Source of the DNA: Planctomycetales bacterium
GTDB lineage: Bacteria; 4484-113
Assembly: GCA_037441675.1 (NCBI GenBank)
Contig: JBBIRS010000005.1
Coordinates: 11,648 to 75,647, forward strand
Length of the DNA: 64,000 nucleotides
Direction: 5' to 3'
Shown: piece after piece, positions 50,523 to 60,400 of the stretch
How positions within the stretch are numbered: position 1 is the first letter of the stretch
Layout: each line of letters starts with the position of its first letter
Notes under the pieces: generated by a model
The model's database searches: none
What the model was told of the DNA's origin: nothing
What the model saw: only the letters and a program-made list of their open reading frames with translations
Position numbers and translations under genes: made by a program

Positions 50523-51464
50523 TTGGGAAGAAATCTTATAACTGAAAATGACATTAGCGCGGATGAGACAATTCTTCTATTTCGTGATGCGAAGCATTTT
50601 AAGAAATTGAGGAAGAAGGAACTTGCGAAATTTTCCCATAGGCTTGTCGGTAGAAGAATGCTTCTGCTATTCTACGAGCCTTCCACCAGGACGCGTATAA
50701 GTTTTGAGCTATCTGCGCGGAATCTTGGCATTCAAACTACCATTGTTGAATCTTCATATTCTTCTGCGATGAAGGGTGAAAGTTTAGTGGATGAAGCACA
50801 AACTTTCGACGCTCTTGGATTTGATGTTGTGGTGATGCGGCACCCAGAAATAGGCGCGGTAAAGAACTTCTCCTTATACTTTACTGGCAGTGTTATTAAC
50901 GCGGGCGATGGGATTAACGCTCATCCTACGCAGGCACTGGTGGACGCCTTTACCTTGTGGGAGAGGGGTTTATTGCGGAGCGATGTCAACATTGGTATAG
51001 TGGGCGACATTTTGAACAGTCGCGTGGCAAGAAGCAATGCTCGCCTACTCAATAAGTTTGGCATCCTTCCCAGTTTCATTGCTCCACCTGAATTTCTGCC
51101 AAAAATCCTACAGGGGGATAATCAACTCATTGAAGTTCCGGGGGAGCTTGGCTATCGGGTGCACGTTATGTACGACCTTGATGAAGCCATTGAGAAATTG
51201 GACGTGATTATGATGCTCAGAGTCCAAAGGGAAAGGTACGAGAGTCTGCCTATGTCAATACCAGAGTTTAGTAGGCGATACCAACTTAACTCTGGAAGAC
51301 TTTCCAAGCTTAAACCATCCGCGGTGATTATGCACCCTGGGCCGGTTAATCGAGCGGTGGAGATTTCTGATGATGTTTTTGCGGACAGTAGGTGCCTTAT
51401 TAACGAGCAGGTCGCTAATGGGGTTCCCCTGAGGATGGCTCTACTTAATTTTCTTCTGGAATAG
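50523..51464 (+). CDS. pyrB: Aspartate carbamoyltransferase catalytic subunit
   Basis: FYEPSTRTRISF, KGESL, NAGDG..HPTQAL, RVQRER, MHPGP. TTG start with GGAGG. Confidence 0.96.
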   Translation: MGRNLITENDISADETILLFRDAKHFKKLRKKELAKFSHRLVGRRMLLLFYEPSTRTRISFELSARNLGIQTTIVESSYSSAMKGESLVDEAQTFDALGFDVVVMRHPEIGAVKNFSLYFTGSVINAGDGINAHPTQALVDAFTLWERGLLRSDVNIGIVGDILNSRVARSNARLLNKFGILPSFIAPPEFLPKILQGDNQLIEVPGELGYRVHVMYDLDEAIEKLDVIMMLRVQRERYESLPMSIPEFSRRYQLNSGRLSKLKPSAVIMHPGPVNRAVEISDDVFADSRCLINEQVANGVPLRMALLNFLLE

Positions 51465-51518
51465 ATGAAGTTGGAAAACGGGCTGGCGGTAGTGGATAAT
51501 TCTTGATTTTGCTTAGGG

Positions 51519-52559
51519 TTAGTTTAGGATTCTCGTTGGAGTTAGGATTACTCTATCTTCCATAACCATCTTTGTTTTAGCGGTCGCTACCAATTGACCA
51601 TCGGCGTCCAGAATAAACATAGGCTCAACAGTTCCCTGTAATTCCTCCCGCAGTACTTTGGTTTCAAGAAATAGCGGTCGCCCCGTTTTAAGGTGATGAA
51701 TGCTCTTCATATCAAGGGTAAGCGTTCTTTCAGGCTCTGCAATAAAGCTCTTAGGTAGTAGGCATTCCTGCTCAAACTTTCCCTCGGAATAAAGGCGTTC
51801 AATTTGTTCAAGGGTTAAGGAATTCTCAATTTTGAAAGGACCCACTTGCTCCCTTACAAGGGAAAAGACGCAACCTTTAGCGGAAGTAGTTTCTCCCAAA
51901 TCCCGAGCTAGACTCCTCACGTAAAATCCTCCACGGCAGAAAATCCTGATTGTGAGAAGCTTTAAGGTGTGTTCCTTTAATTTAGGATGCTGTGAAAGCT
52001 GTTTGTTTATATCATTAGCTTCATCGGTTAATAGATGAGTAAATTGTCTAGAGATGTCGCTTAATGAAGGACCGTCTTTGAAATCCAAAATTTCAAAGTT
52101 TTCCAAGACGACACTCTTCTCTCTTGCCGGCACTTCCTTGCCCTTAGCCGCAAGTTGATAAAATCTCTTTCCACCTACTTTGGTGGTGGAGAACGTTGGA
52201 GGTATTTGTGAAATTGACCCTATGAACTTGCGAAGCGCTTTCTCAATATCATCAACCGTCAACGCCTTGGCATCCCCGATGTCAATTATTTTCCCGTAAA
52301 TATCGTCGGTGCTTGTGGATAAGCCGAATAGAAAGGATGTCAAGTAAACCTTAAGAAATGAGCCAAAGAAAAAAAATAACCTATTAGCCGAACCAATTCC
52401 TACGGGAAGAACACCTGTTGCAGGTTTATCCAGCACCCCGGAATGGCCTATTTTTCTGATGCCTGTTAGTTTTCTTAGCCTTCTTATTACTTCAAACGAA
52501 GTGATGCCTGGGGGTTTGTCGATATTGAGAAAACCTGAGTACTGCTTAAGTTCTTGCAT
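51519..52559 (-). CDS. truB: tRNA pseudouridine(55) synthase
   Basis: DKPPGITS, KIGHSGVLDKPATGVL, QIPPTFS, GFYVRSLARDLG. Confidence 0.93.
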   Translation of the reverse strand: MQELKQYSGFLNIDKPPGITSFEVIRRLRKLTGIRKIGHSGVLDKPATGVLPVGIGSANRLFFFFGSFLKVYLTSFLFGLSTSTDDIYGKIIDIGDAKALTVDDIEKALRKFIGSISQIPPTFSTTKVGGKRFYQLAAKGKEVPAREKSVVLENFEILDFKDGPSLSDISRQFTHLLTDEANDINKQLSQHPKLKEHTLKLLTIRIFCRGGFYVRSLARDLGETTSAKGCVFSLVREQVGPFKIENSLTLEQIERLYSEGKFEQECLLPKSFIAEPERTLTLDMKSIHHLKTGRPLFLETKVLREELQGTVEPMFILDADGQLVATAKTKMVMEDRVILTPTRILN

Positions 52560-52576
52560 AAGTTTTTTCTTTCGGC

Positions 52577-52930
52577 TCAGAATAATGGCGCGGTGTAATC
52601 CTGCATCAGTGGATTCTCAACTTCCATCACGGTTACTAAGTTTAGATAGGATTGAATAACTCCCTCGCTTTTTAGCCTCTCCAGTATCTCGGTGATAATT
52701 TGAGGATGCAACTGGCTTCCCACTTCACCTGTCACCTTAGCTTGACCTTTTTCAACCGTGATGGTTAGTTCTTCTACGTTCAGTCGGGTATCAGCCCTGA
52801 GGGCTTCTTCAACTTTCTTCTTTGCGATTGCGTCAGGATTTGGCTTGAAGCATCCCGCACTCGGCACACTTATGATTGAAAGCCCAAGAACACAAATTAT
52901 GACGCTAAATATTAAGCTCTTTTTATTCAT
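52577..52930 (-). CDS. BON-domain predicted lipoprotein
   Basis: SAGC lipobox, DAIAKKKVEEAL..D..L...ITVEKGQAKVTGEV. Confidence 0.7.
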   Translation of the reverse strand: MNKKSLIFSVIICVLGLSIISVPSAGCFKPNPDAIAKKKVEEALRADTRLNVEELTITVEKGQAKVTGEVGSQLHPQIITEILERLKSEGVIQSYLNLVTVMEVENPLMQDYTAPLF

Positions 52931-53135
52931 CTTATAATTTTAGTAATATTTAGTGTTATATTAACACCTTTATTCTACCTTAATACTTTTTGTGTAAATC
53001 TGTTTCCCTTTGCTTTTCATTTAACGTAAGTGGATAAGCTGATGTAGTTTATGACTTAATAGCGAAGAAGCTTGTTAATAAGCTAGTAAAATTTATTTAC
53101 TCAAGCATTTACTCGTGTTAAAATATAGACTTGAA

Positions 53136-53155
53136 TTTGAGAAATTCTTCTCAAA
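53136..53155. promoter_or_regulatory. Palindromic Rex-like operator of sucCD
   Basis: TTTGAGAA-ATTC-TTCTCAAA between an extended -10 (TGt-TAAAAT, 53119-53124) and the RBS. Confidence 0.6.
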
Positions 53156-53167
53156 GAGAGGATCCTC

Positions 53168-54322
53168 TTGAAAATACACGAATACCAGGCAAAGGAACTA
53201 TTCAGTCAGTTTGACATACCCATTCTTCCAGGAAGGGTAGCTTTTAATGTTGAGGAAGCGCTTTCTATTGCTGGGGAGTTTGGACTTCCCGTAGTGATTA
53301 AGGCGCAGGTACACGTTGGTGGACGCGGTAAGGCGGGTGGAATCAAGGTGGCTAAAACATTTCAGGATGTTGAGGTGCACTCCAAAAATATTCTCTCAAT
53401 GGAAATAAAGGGCCTGCCGGTTAAAAAGGTTCTTATCGCCAAGGCAGTGGACATCAGGGAAGAGTACTACTTAGGGCTAACCCTTGACCGCGATGCTCGC
53501 CTTATTGTTTTTATCTTCAGCACAGCTGGGGGAATTGACATCGAAGAAGTAGCAGCTACCTCTCCCGAGAAGATAACTCGCGTTAATATTGATCCACTTT
53601 TCGGTGTTATGGATTTTCAGCTTAAGAAGCTAATTTACGATTCTCGGGTGGATAATGACAAGATCAAAGATATTTTGAAAATCGCGAGAAAACTTTACGA
53701 GTGCTACATAGCCGTAGATGCAAGTTTAGCGGAGATTAACCCACTTGCTATACTAACTTCTGGCGAAGTAGTAGCCCTTGATGCTAAGTTAATCATAGAT
53801 GATAACGCGCTATACCGTCAGCCTAAGCTTGAGCAGTTAAGAGAGATAGGGGATGATTTGGATGAACTAGAAGCAGAGGCGCAGAAACTTCATCTAGCTT
53901 ACGTCCATATGCCCAAAGATAAGCGTGGTTCCATCGGTGTTATGGGAAACGGAGCTGGACTTGTTATGAATACTATGGATGAAGTTACAAGAGCTGGCGG
54001 TATGCCTAACAATTTTCTTGATATTGGTGGGACTGCAACCCCTGAAGTGGTGGAAGCTTCACTCAATCATATCCTGAAGGACGAGGTGGTCCAGGGTATT
54101 TTAATAAACGTTTTCGGAGGCATTGTTCGTTGCGATATTGTGGCGGAGGGCCTATTGAAGGCTTATGAAAGGCTTCCACGGAAAGTTCCAATTGTTATTC
54201 GGATGACTGGCACAAACGAGGATTTAGCAAGAGAATTGCTGGAGGGAACGCCACTCATTTACGCTTCTTCTACGGAAGAAGGTGCTTGTAAGATAGTTGA
54301 ACTTGTTGGTCGGCAGAACTGA
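53168..54322 (+). CDS. sucC: Succinyl-CoA synthetase beta subunit
   Basis: IHEYQAK, KAQVHVGGRGKAGG, EINPL, GNGAGL, NFLDIGG, FGGIVRCD. Confidence 0.97.
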   Translation: MKIHEYQAKELFSQFDIPILPGRVAFNVEEALSIAGEFGLPVVIKAQVHVGGRGKAGGIKVAKTFQDVEVHSKNILSMEIKGLPVKKVLIAKAVDIREEYYLGLTLDRDARLIVFIFSTAGGIDIEEVAATSPEKITRVNIDPLFGVMDFQLKKLIYDSRVDNDKIKDILKIARKLYECYIAVDASLAEINPLAILTSGEVVALDAKLIIDDNALYRQPKLEQLREIGDDLDELEAEAQKLHLAYVHMPKDKRGSIGVMGNGAGLVMNTMDEVTRAGGMPNNFLDIGGTATPEVVEASLNHILKDEVVQGILINVFGGIVRCDIVAEGLLKAYERLPRKVPIVIRMTGTNEDLARELLEGTPLIYASSTEEGACKIVELVGRQN

Positions 54323-54380
54323 GAAGGGGTAGCTTTCCCTCGAGTACCATTACATCCGTATTTCATAGGTGAAAAAAATT

Positions 54381-55259
54381 ATGGGTATCTTAATTAATAA
54401 AAATACAAAGGTTATAGTGCAGGGAATAACTGGCCATGAGGGGAGTTTCCACACGCAGAGAATGATAGAATATGGCACACAAGTGGTAGCTGGAGTAGTT
54501 CCGGGAAAGGGTGGGCAGAGCTTCACCGAGGGGGGCGTCTCAATTCCCATTTTTAACACTGTTGAAAGTGCAGTTCGTGAAACGGATGCAAACGCTTCAG
54601 TGGTTTTTGTTCCAAGACAGTTCGCTCCTGATGCGATTATGGAGGCTGCGGATGCGGGATGCGAGGTAATTGTTACTATAACTGAGGGAATTCCAGTTAA
54701 CGATATGTTGAGAGTGGTAAATTACGTCAACTCACGCACGATGGCGGTTTTGATTGGACCGAACTGTCCAGGGATAGTTACCGTTGATGAATGTAAGATT
54801 GGAATAATGCCTGGGCATATCTTTAAGAAAGGTCCTGTGGGGCTTATTAGCAGAAGTGGAACTCTCACCTATGAGGTAGTTGATACCCTTACTCGTGGTG
54901 GAGTAGGACAGAGCACCTGTATTGGGATTGGAGGGGATCCTGTTATTGGAACGACCTTTCTGGACTTGCTTATGGAATTTCAAGCGGATGATGAGACGGA
55001 GGCGGTGGTGCTGATTGGCGAAATAGGTGGAAGCGATGAGGAGGAAGCCGCTGAGTATATTCCCGAGTTGGGCAAGCCTGTGGTTGCTTTTATCTCTGGT
55101 AGGACTGCACCGCCTGGGAAACGTATGGGGCATGCTGGCGCAATAATCTCGGGTGGGAAAGGCACCGCTGAAAGTAAAATTAAAGCCTTTGAGAAAGCTG
55201 GCGTTCCAGTGGCAAATACTGTTCAGGAAATCCCTCCTCTGCTAAAGGAACTTCTATAA
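54381..55259 (+). CDS. sucD: Succinyl-CoA synthetase alpha subunit
   Basis: [38 protein letters not shown]. Confidence 0.97.
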   Translation: MGILINKNTKVIVQGITGHEGSFHTQRMIEYGTQVVAGVVPGKGGQSFTEGGVSIPIFNTVESAVRETDANASVVFVPRQFAPDAIMEAADAGCEVIVTITEGIPVNDMLRVVNYVNSRTMAVLIGPNCPGIVTVDECKIGIMPGHIFKKGPVGLISRSGTLTYEVVDTLTRGGVGQSTCIGIGGDPVIGTTFLDLLMEFQADDETEAVVLIGEIGGSDEEEAAEYIPELGKPVVAFISGRTAPPGKRMGHAGAIISGGKGTAESKIKAFEKAGVPVANTVQEIPPLLKELL

Positions 55260-55324
55260 ATTCCAAATTTCAATTCTTTCTATATTTTAGCTACATTTCG
55301 GGGTAGAATAATTTGGAGTTCAAA

Positions 55325-55780
55325 ATGAAGGGAATTTTACTAGCCAGGTTGGTTCTGTTTGTGGTTTTCCTCTCGCTTATGAGTTTTATTTCAGCATCTT
55401 GTGGTGGAGGCAGATCAGGCGCAATCTTGACCATTGCGCTCCTAGACGAGCTTTTTGGAACTGAACGCTCTTCTATTTATGTAGATAACGCTGTTTCAAG
55501 GATAACCCTATCTAAGGGTGAAGAATTTCAACTTAGAATTATCCATCGACAAATAAGGCAGGATACTTACAGCTTGGGCTATGGATATGGGCGCTATTAC
55601 TACGAGGAAGATGTAACAGAGGAATCTGACTACTACTCAAGCAACCCAAATGTTGCCTCAGTGAGTTCTGATGGGTTGATTACCGCGATAAGCCCGGGAA
55701 GGGCTGTTATCTCAGTTAAGTTTGACCTACTTTTGCAGAAGGCTGACCAAACTTCAATTGAAGTTATTGTTCTAGAGTAG
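55325..55780 (+). CDS. Predicted lipoprotein with C-terminal Ig-like (Big_2) domain
   Basis: SASC-GGG, YSSNPNVASVSSDGLITAISPGRAVISV. Confidence 0.75.
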   Translation: MKGILLARLVLFVVFLSLMSFISASCGGGRSGAILTIALLDELFGTERSSIYVDNAVSRITLSKGEEFQLRIIHRQIRQDTYSLGYGYGRYYYEEDVTEESDYYSSNPNVASVSSDGLITAISPGRAVISVKFDLLLQKADQTSIEVIVLE

Positions 55781-55912
55781 ATTTTCAGATAGGTGATTCG
55801 CTAAGGTCGTTGCAGAATTATTAAAAATCCGCAGCAGCTTGGGCGTAGGAAATAAACTTTTCGCATTGCCTAAAAGACGCCGTTTACGTTTCTTGTAGAA
55901 TTTAGCCTTGCG

Positions 55913-55995
55913 AAAAATGGGGCGGTTTTTCCGCCCCTGCACTCATAATGAGGAGTGCCAAATCTCTCCCTCTATTACGAGGTCTTATCAGTCCT
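55913..55995 (-). ncRNA. Candidate ~83-nt three-hairpin small RNA (also carries the nfnAB terminator)
   Basis: TTGCTT (56029-56024), 17-nt spacer, TATAAT (56006-56001). Hairpins CCTC/GAGG and GCACTC/GAGTGC, then GGGGCGG/CCGCCCC with a U-tail. Confidence 0.45.
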
Positions 55996-56042
55996 ACATT
56001 ATTATATCTGAAAATTGGCTAAAAAGCAAGCTTCGCGAGCTC

Positions 56043-57629
56043 CTATGCGGAAACCGCTAACTGCGCTTTTAACTGCTTTTCACCCCATTTAATTTTTCCC
56101 TCTCTCACCGCGGAGAGGTAGCGGTCAATTCCCCGTGCGGCTTTTTTGCCCTGTCCAACCGCAAATATTACAGTACTTGCACCGACGGTAATATCCCCTC
56201 CTGCAAATACATAAGGCACACTAGTTTGCATACTTTCTTCATCTACAACTACGGTGCCACGTTTGGTTATCTCAAGCCCTGGGATTGAGCGCATTGCTAT
56301 CGGATTTGGACTTTGCCCAACCGCATTTAGAAGCGTGTCGCACTCAATTTCAAACTCACTTCCTGGAATTGGCACTGGTCTTCGCCTACCGCTTTCGTCC
56401 GGTTCTCCGAGTTCCATCTTGATGCATTTTAGCCCTTTAATCCAGTTGTTCTCATCGCGAATAATTTCAAGAGGTTGAGTCAAGAAGTTGAAAATGACTC
56501 CTTCCTGTTCAGCGTGCTCAATTTCCTCCGCTCGGGCTGGAGCTTCCGCTTTAGTCCTTCTATAAACGATGTGACTCTCCTTAACGCCAAGGAGCCTTAG
56601 GGAGACACGGGCACAGTCCATTGCGGTGTTGCCTGCTCCAACAGTTATAACTTTCTTGCCCACGTAGACTGGGGTATCGGCGTTGGGAAAATCCCAAGCC
56701 TCCATTAGGTTCACTCGTGTTAGAAATTCGTTTGCGGAGTAGACGCCATTTGCGTTTTCTCCTTTAATTCCCAGAAACGATGGAAGCCCAGCTCCTGTGC
56801 CAAGAAAGATTGCTTTGTAGCCTTCTTTCAACAGATCTTGCAGGGTTACGCTCTTTCCAAATACCGTATTGCACATAAACTTTACGCCCATATCCTCAAC
56901 AGTTTTTATCTCTGCATTTATGATTCTTCTCGGCAGACGAAAAGATGGAATTCCATAAACCAAAACCCCGCCTGGCTTGTGCAAGCTCTCAAAAACGGTA
57001 ACATCATAGCCAAGCTTGCAGAGATCCGCCGCACAGGTAATTCCCGCAGGCCCACTTCCAATCACCGCAACCTTCTCCTTTGTGGGTGTGTATCGTGTAA
57101 TTGTAGGTGGCTCTTTCTCAAACTTATCTAGCATATACTCCGCCACAAACTGTTCAAGCCTGCCAATAGCTACTGGACCCTTCTTTGCCAGTAAGCATTC
57201 CATCTCGCATTGGACCTCCTGGGGACAGACCCTTCCACAAATAGCTGGCAGAGCATTACTCTCCTTAAGGATTGCATAAGCACCTTCTAGATTACCCTTC
57301 ACTATTTCAAGAATAAACGCTGGGATATTGACTTCCGCAGGGCATAGCGGGATACACTTTGGGTTGGCACAGCCCAAGCACCTTTGAGCCTCCAAAAGCG
57401 CAATATCGGCTGGATAACCAAGCACCACTGATTCAAAGTTGAGAATTCTTGCCATAGGGTCTTGCTCCGGCATTGGCTGGCGCTGTATCTTCAACCGCTC
57501 TTTCTTTGGTAGCCCCACTAATGGCTTTTCTGTTCCCGCTTCTTCCCTCTTCTTTCTTTCCGCAAGTTCCTTTGCGCGCTTAAGGCGTTCCTCTTTCGTA
57601 TCATCACGTTTTTCTTTAGTTTCATCCAT
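56043..57629 (-). CDS. nfnB: NADH-dependent reduced ferredoxin:NADP+ oxidoreductase large subunit (GltD/SudA-like)
   Basis: EAQRCLGC..PKC...CP, CGRVCPQEVQCE..C, IGSGPAG, ANEFLTRVNLM, GAGNTAMD; paired with nfnA. Confidence 0.9.
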   Translation of the reverse strand: MDETKEKRDDTKEERLKRAKELAERKKREEAGTEKPLVGLPKKERLKIQRQPMPEQDPMARILNFESVVLGYPADIALLEAQRCLGCANPKCIPLCPAEVNIPAFILEIVKGNLEGAYAILKESNALPAICGRVCPQEVQCEMECLLAKKGPVAIGRLEQFVAEYMLDKFEKEPPTITRYTPTKEKVAVIGSGPAGITCAADLCKLGYDVTVFESLHKPGGVLVYGIPSFRLPRRIINAEIKTVEDMGVKFMCNTVFGKSVTLQDLLKEGYKAIFLGTGAGLPSFLGIKGENANGVYSANEFLTRVNLMEAWDFPNADTPVYVGKKVITVGAGNTAMDCARVSLRLLGVKESHIVYRRTKAEAPARAEEIEHAEQEGVIFNFLTQPLEIIRDENNWIKGLKCIKMELGEPDESGRRRPVPIPGSEFEIECDTLLNAVGQSPNPIAMRSIPGLEITKRGTVVVDEESMQTSVPYVFAGGDITVGASTVIFAVGQGKKAARGIDRYLSAVREGKIKWGEKQLKAQLAVSA

Positions 57630-58551
57630 AGGGATTACTCCTAATTGAGTGTTTAATTAAAGGGTGCTCCGGGGGGAGTTTGTGCCTATTTTCTGAAATC
57701 CACTTCTCCAAGGCGCATTTTTCAAATTCCACAAAAGCCTTCTGCCGCATCATTAACTCATCAAAATCTACGCGGTGTGCATCAAAATCTGGTCCATCAA
57801 CGCAAGCAAATTTAGTTTCGCCATCTAGGTTAAGCCTGCAGGCTCCGCACATTCCGGTTCCGTCAACCATTATTGGGTTTAGTGAAGCGTAAGTGGGAAT
57901 TTTCTTCTCCTTTGTAATCTGCGCTACAAACTTCATCATAATTACAGGTCCACAGGTGATAACAAAGTCAACTTGACCCTCATTGATTAGGTTTCGGAGG
58001 GGGTCAGTGACTACACCTTTTATTCCCAAGCTTCCATCGTCCGTGGTGATAATTAGTTCGTCGGAGACCTCCCGCATTTCATCAACTAGGATTAAGAGAT
58101 CTGCCCTTCTAGCTCCAACTATGGAGATCACGTAATTTCCACTTTGACGCATCGCTCTTGCGATGGGTAACATTTCAGCAGTTCCAAGCCCTCCCGCTAC
58201 GACTGCGACATTGCCATACTTCTTGATGGGAGTAGGATTTCCCAGTGGTCCAACAATATCTCTCAGAGAATCGCCCACGTTGAGAGTTCCAAGGGCTAGA
58301 GTGGTTTTTCCAACTTCCTGAAATATGAGCGTGATTGTGCCATTTTCAGAATTTGTTTTGGCGACCGTGAGGGGTATTCTTTCTCCTCGTTCGAGAGCTC
58401 TCAGAATTACAAATTGCCCAGGCTCAGCTTTCTTTGCAATGAGCGGAGCGTAAACGTCAATATGAACGACGTTTTCCGATAGCCTTCTCTTATATGTGAT
58501 TTCTCCTAGCCTGGGCAATGATTCTCTCTCTAGATGAGTGGTTTCTGGCAA
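57622..58551 (-). CDS. nfnA: NfnA/SudB small subunit (FAD, 2Fe-2S)
   Basis: PGQFVILR..GERIPLT, GPLGNP, TDDGSLG, SLNPIMVDGTGMCGACR, CVDGPDF. Confidence 0.92.
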   Translation of the reverse strand: MPETTHLERESLPRLGEITYKRRLSENVVHIDVYAPLIAKKAEPGQFVILRALERGERIPLTVAKTNSENGTITLIFQEVGKTTLALGTLNVGDSLRDIVGPLGNPTPIKKYGNVAVVAGGLGTAEMLPIARAMRQSGNYVISIVGARRADLLILVDEMREVSDELIITTDDGSLGIKGVVTDPLRNLINEGQVDFVITCGPVIMMKFVAQITKEKKIPTYASLNPIMVDGTGMCGACRLNLDGETKFACVDGPDFDAHRVDFDELMMRQKAFVEFEKCALEKWISENRHKLPPEHPLIKHSIRSNPYG

Positions 58552-58611
58552 TTTGAGCTATGGATAGTTTAGCATTAAGCTAAATATATTGCAATCTAAG
58601 TATTATATAAT

Positions 58612-58629
58612 ATGTGAAATATATCACTA
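58612..58629. promoter_or_regulatory. Rex-like operator in the nfnAB promoter
   Basis: ATGTGAA-ATAT-ATCACTA, just upstream of a minus-strand TATAAT (58607-58602). Confidence 0.55.
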
Positions 58630-58701
58630 ATATTTTCAGGTTCATTTGCGATTCTAGCATAAAATTTACGGGAAAATTTTGGATGAATGGGGATAGGAAA
58701 G

Positions 58702-59352
58702 CTAAGTTTTTCCGGAGAGCATATCCTTCAGCCTTCTAGCGGCGGATACAATATCCTTAGCAGAGCAAATAGCTCTAATCACTGCGATTCTTCTTCCACC
58801 GGCTAAGATAAGTTCGGGCAGTGTTTTAGTATCAATTCCTCCAATGAAAACAGTTCTTTTTTTGATACTTTCGGGGATTTGTGAAACAAAATAAACGCCC
58901 AGGGGATTTCCATATTTAAGTTTGCTTGGTGTTGGGAAAATCGGACCAAGGAAAAGATAATCCGCGCCTCTATTAATTGCGTCCTTTGCCTCTTCCACCG
59001 AATGAGCGGAATAGCCAAGCTTGATGTTCTTTGGGAGGAGCTTTCTCACATCCTCAATTGTGCCATCTTTCCTGCCAAGATGGACAGCGTCAGGCTTTAG
59101 TATTTCTGCAAGTTCTGGATTATGGCTTAGGATAAAGGGCGTTTTTCCTTCACGGCATATGCTTCCTACATCTTTACCTATTTCAATTATCTCTTCTGCA
59201 GAGCAATCAATCATTCGCAAAACTATCGCATCCACGCCGCCCCGTATAGCAAGCTGAGTAACCTCTTGAAGGGTTCTAGGGGCTGAGGTTTGCCTATCTA
59301 ATACGAGAAAAAGGCTCGCTTTGATATACCAATTTGCGTTTGATTCATTCAC
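58702..59352 (-). CDS. thiE: Thiamine-phosphate synthase (ThiE/TenI family)
   Basis: DAVHLG..D, LGYSAHS..EA, GADYLFLGPIFPTPSK, IGGID, AVIRAI. Confidence 0.82.
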   Translation of the reverse strand: MNESNANWYIKASLFLVLDRQTSAPRTLQEVTQLAIRGGVDAIVLRMIDCSAEEIIEIGKDVGSICREGKTPFILSHNPELAEILKPDAVHLGRKDGTIEDVRKLLPKNIKLGYSAHSVEEAKDAINRGADYLFLGPIFPTPSKLKYGNPLGVYFVSQIPESIKKRTVFIGGIDTKTLPELILAGGRRIAVIRAICSAKDIVSAARRLKDMLSGKT

Positions 59353-59396
59353 TTCAATCTAATGTTTGTGAGATAAAGCTTGGAGACATAAACCCT

Positions 59397-60389
59397 TTAG
59401 CTCTTACCAATAGAAACCTGACCTCGCGCAAGGACATCATCTTCCAATCTGCGGATTTCATCAATGATGCCTTGTTCACGAAAGCTTTCCGCCTCTTGCA
59501 TCAGTATTTCATTTGCTTCTGAGATGAAGCCGACGCTTTTTCCCAGTGAGTAATCAAAACTTCCTAATCTTAAAAGAACGTCCCTAAGCTCCTTCTGGGC
59601 ATTATGCGGATCTTCACCAAATTGGCTAATCAGCTCAAGGCAGAGCTTTCTTTCCACTCTGAGGGCATGTATGATTGGGAGAGTTATTCTTCCCTCCCTG
59701 AGGTCGTTAAAGGTTGGTTTAAGAGTGATGTTTTCATCTGCGCTTAAATCCAGAATATCATCAACTATCTGAAACGCTCTGCCAAACAGCAGGCCGTACT
59801 CTCCGGCGGTTCTAATTACACTTTCTTCTGCACTGCCGAGGTATGCGCCCATCTCGCAGGCAAGCTTGAAGAGAGAGCCGGTTTTCAGGGAGATTATCCG
59901 TAAGTAGTCTTCTTCGCTTATCTTCAGGTTGCACTTATTGGCAACTTCTTCAAGCGCTCCTGCTCCAAGCTCCTTGCAGGCGGAAAGGGTATACTGCAAC
60001 AGGCGAATATCATTCAGCTCTGTTAAACTAGAGAAGAGAAGAGCCAAAATATAGTCGCCTACAAGCACCGCATGCTCATTTCCAAAGCTAGAGTTTATGG
60101 TATTTCTGCCTCTTCTGGTACTGGCGTCATCAATTACATCATCATGGATCAGTGATGCGGTGTGTAAAAGTTCGCAGGCAGCGGCGGAGCGTATTACCTT
60201 TTCCCTATCTGCTCCACCAAAAAGTTCCACAAAAAGTATTAATAGTTTCGGCCTGAGCCTTTTCCCAGAATCCGTAACTACCGATTCTGTATATTTAACA
60301 GCAATTGGGTCGGAATTCTTTAGTATGTCCCTTATTGAATTATCCACCTCTTCTAGGGTTGCTGTTACTGTTCTTTGAATTGAGTTCAT
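59397..60389 (-). CDS. Polyprenyl diphosphate synthase
   Basis: GKRLRP, HTASLIHDDVID...RRG, KTGSLF, FQIVDDILD. Confidence 0.93.
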   Translation of the reverse strand: MNSIQRTVTATLEEVDNSIRDILKNSDPIAVKYTESVVTDSGKRLRPKLLILFVELFGGADREKVIRSAAACELLHTASLIHDDVIDDASTRRGRNTINSSFGNEHAVLVGDYILALLFSSLTELNDIRLLQYTLSACKELGAGALEEVANKCNLKISEEDYLRIISLKTGSLFKLACEMGAYLGSAEESVIRTAGEYGLLFGRAFQIVDDILDLSADENITLKPTFNDLREGRITLPIIHALRVERKLCLELISQFGEDPHNAQKELRDVLLRLGSFDYSLGKSVGFISEANEILMQEAESFREQGIIDEIRRLEDDVLARGQVSIGKS

Positions 60390-60400
60390 TTTTTAGCGAA

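Noticed and set aside
55939..55958. GCACTC-N8-GAGTGC as a CIRCE
   Set aside because: Spacer is 8 rather than 9, the TTA/TAA flanks are missing, and it lies between convergent genes. Better read as an RNA hairpin.
55975..55995. CUGAUAAG as a hammerhead ribozyme core
   Set aside because: Not CUGANGA, and no correctly placed GAAA or stems.
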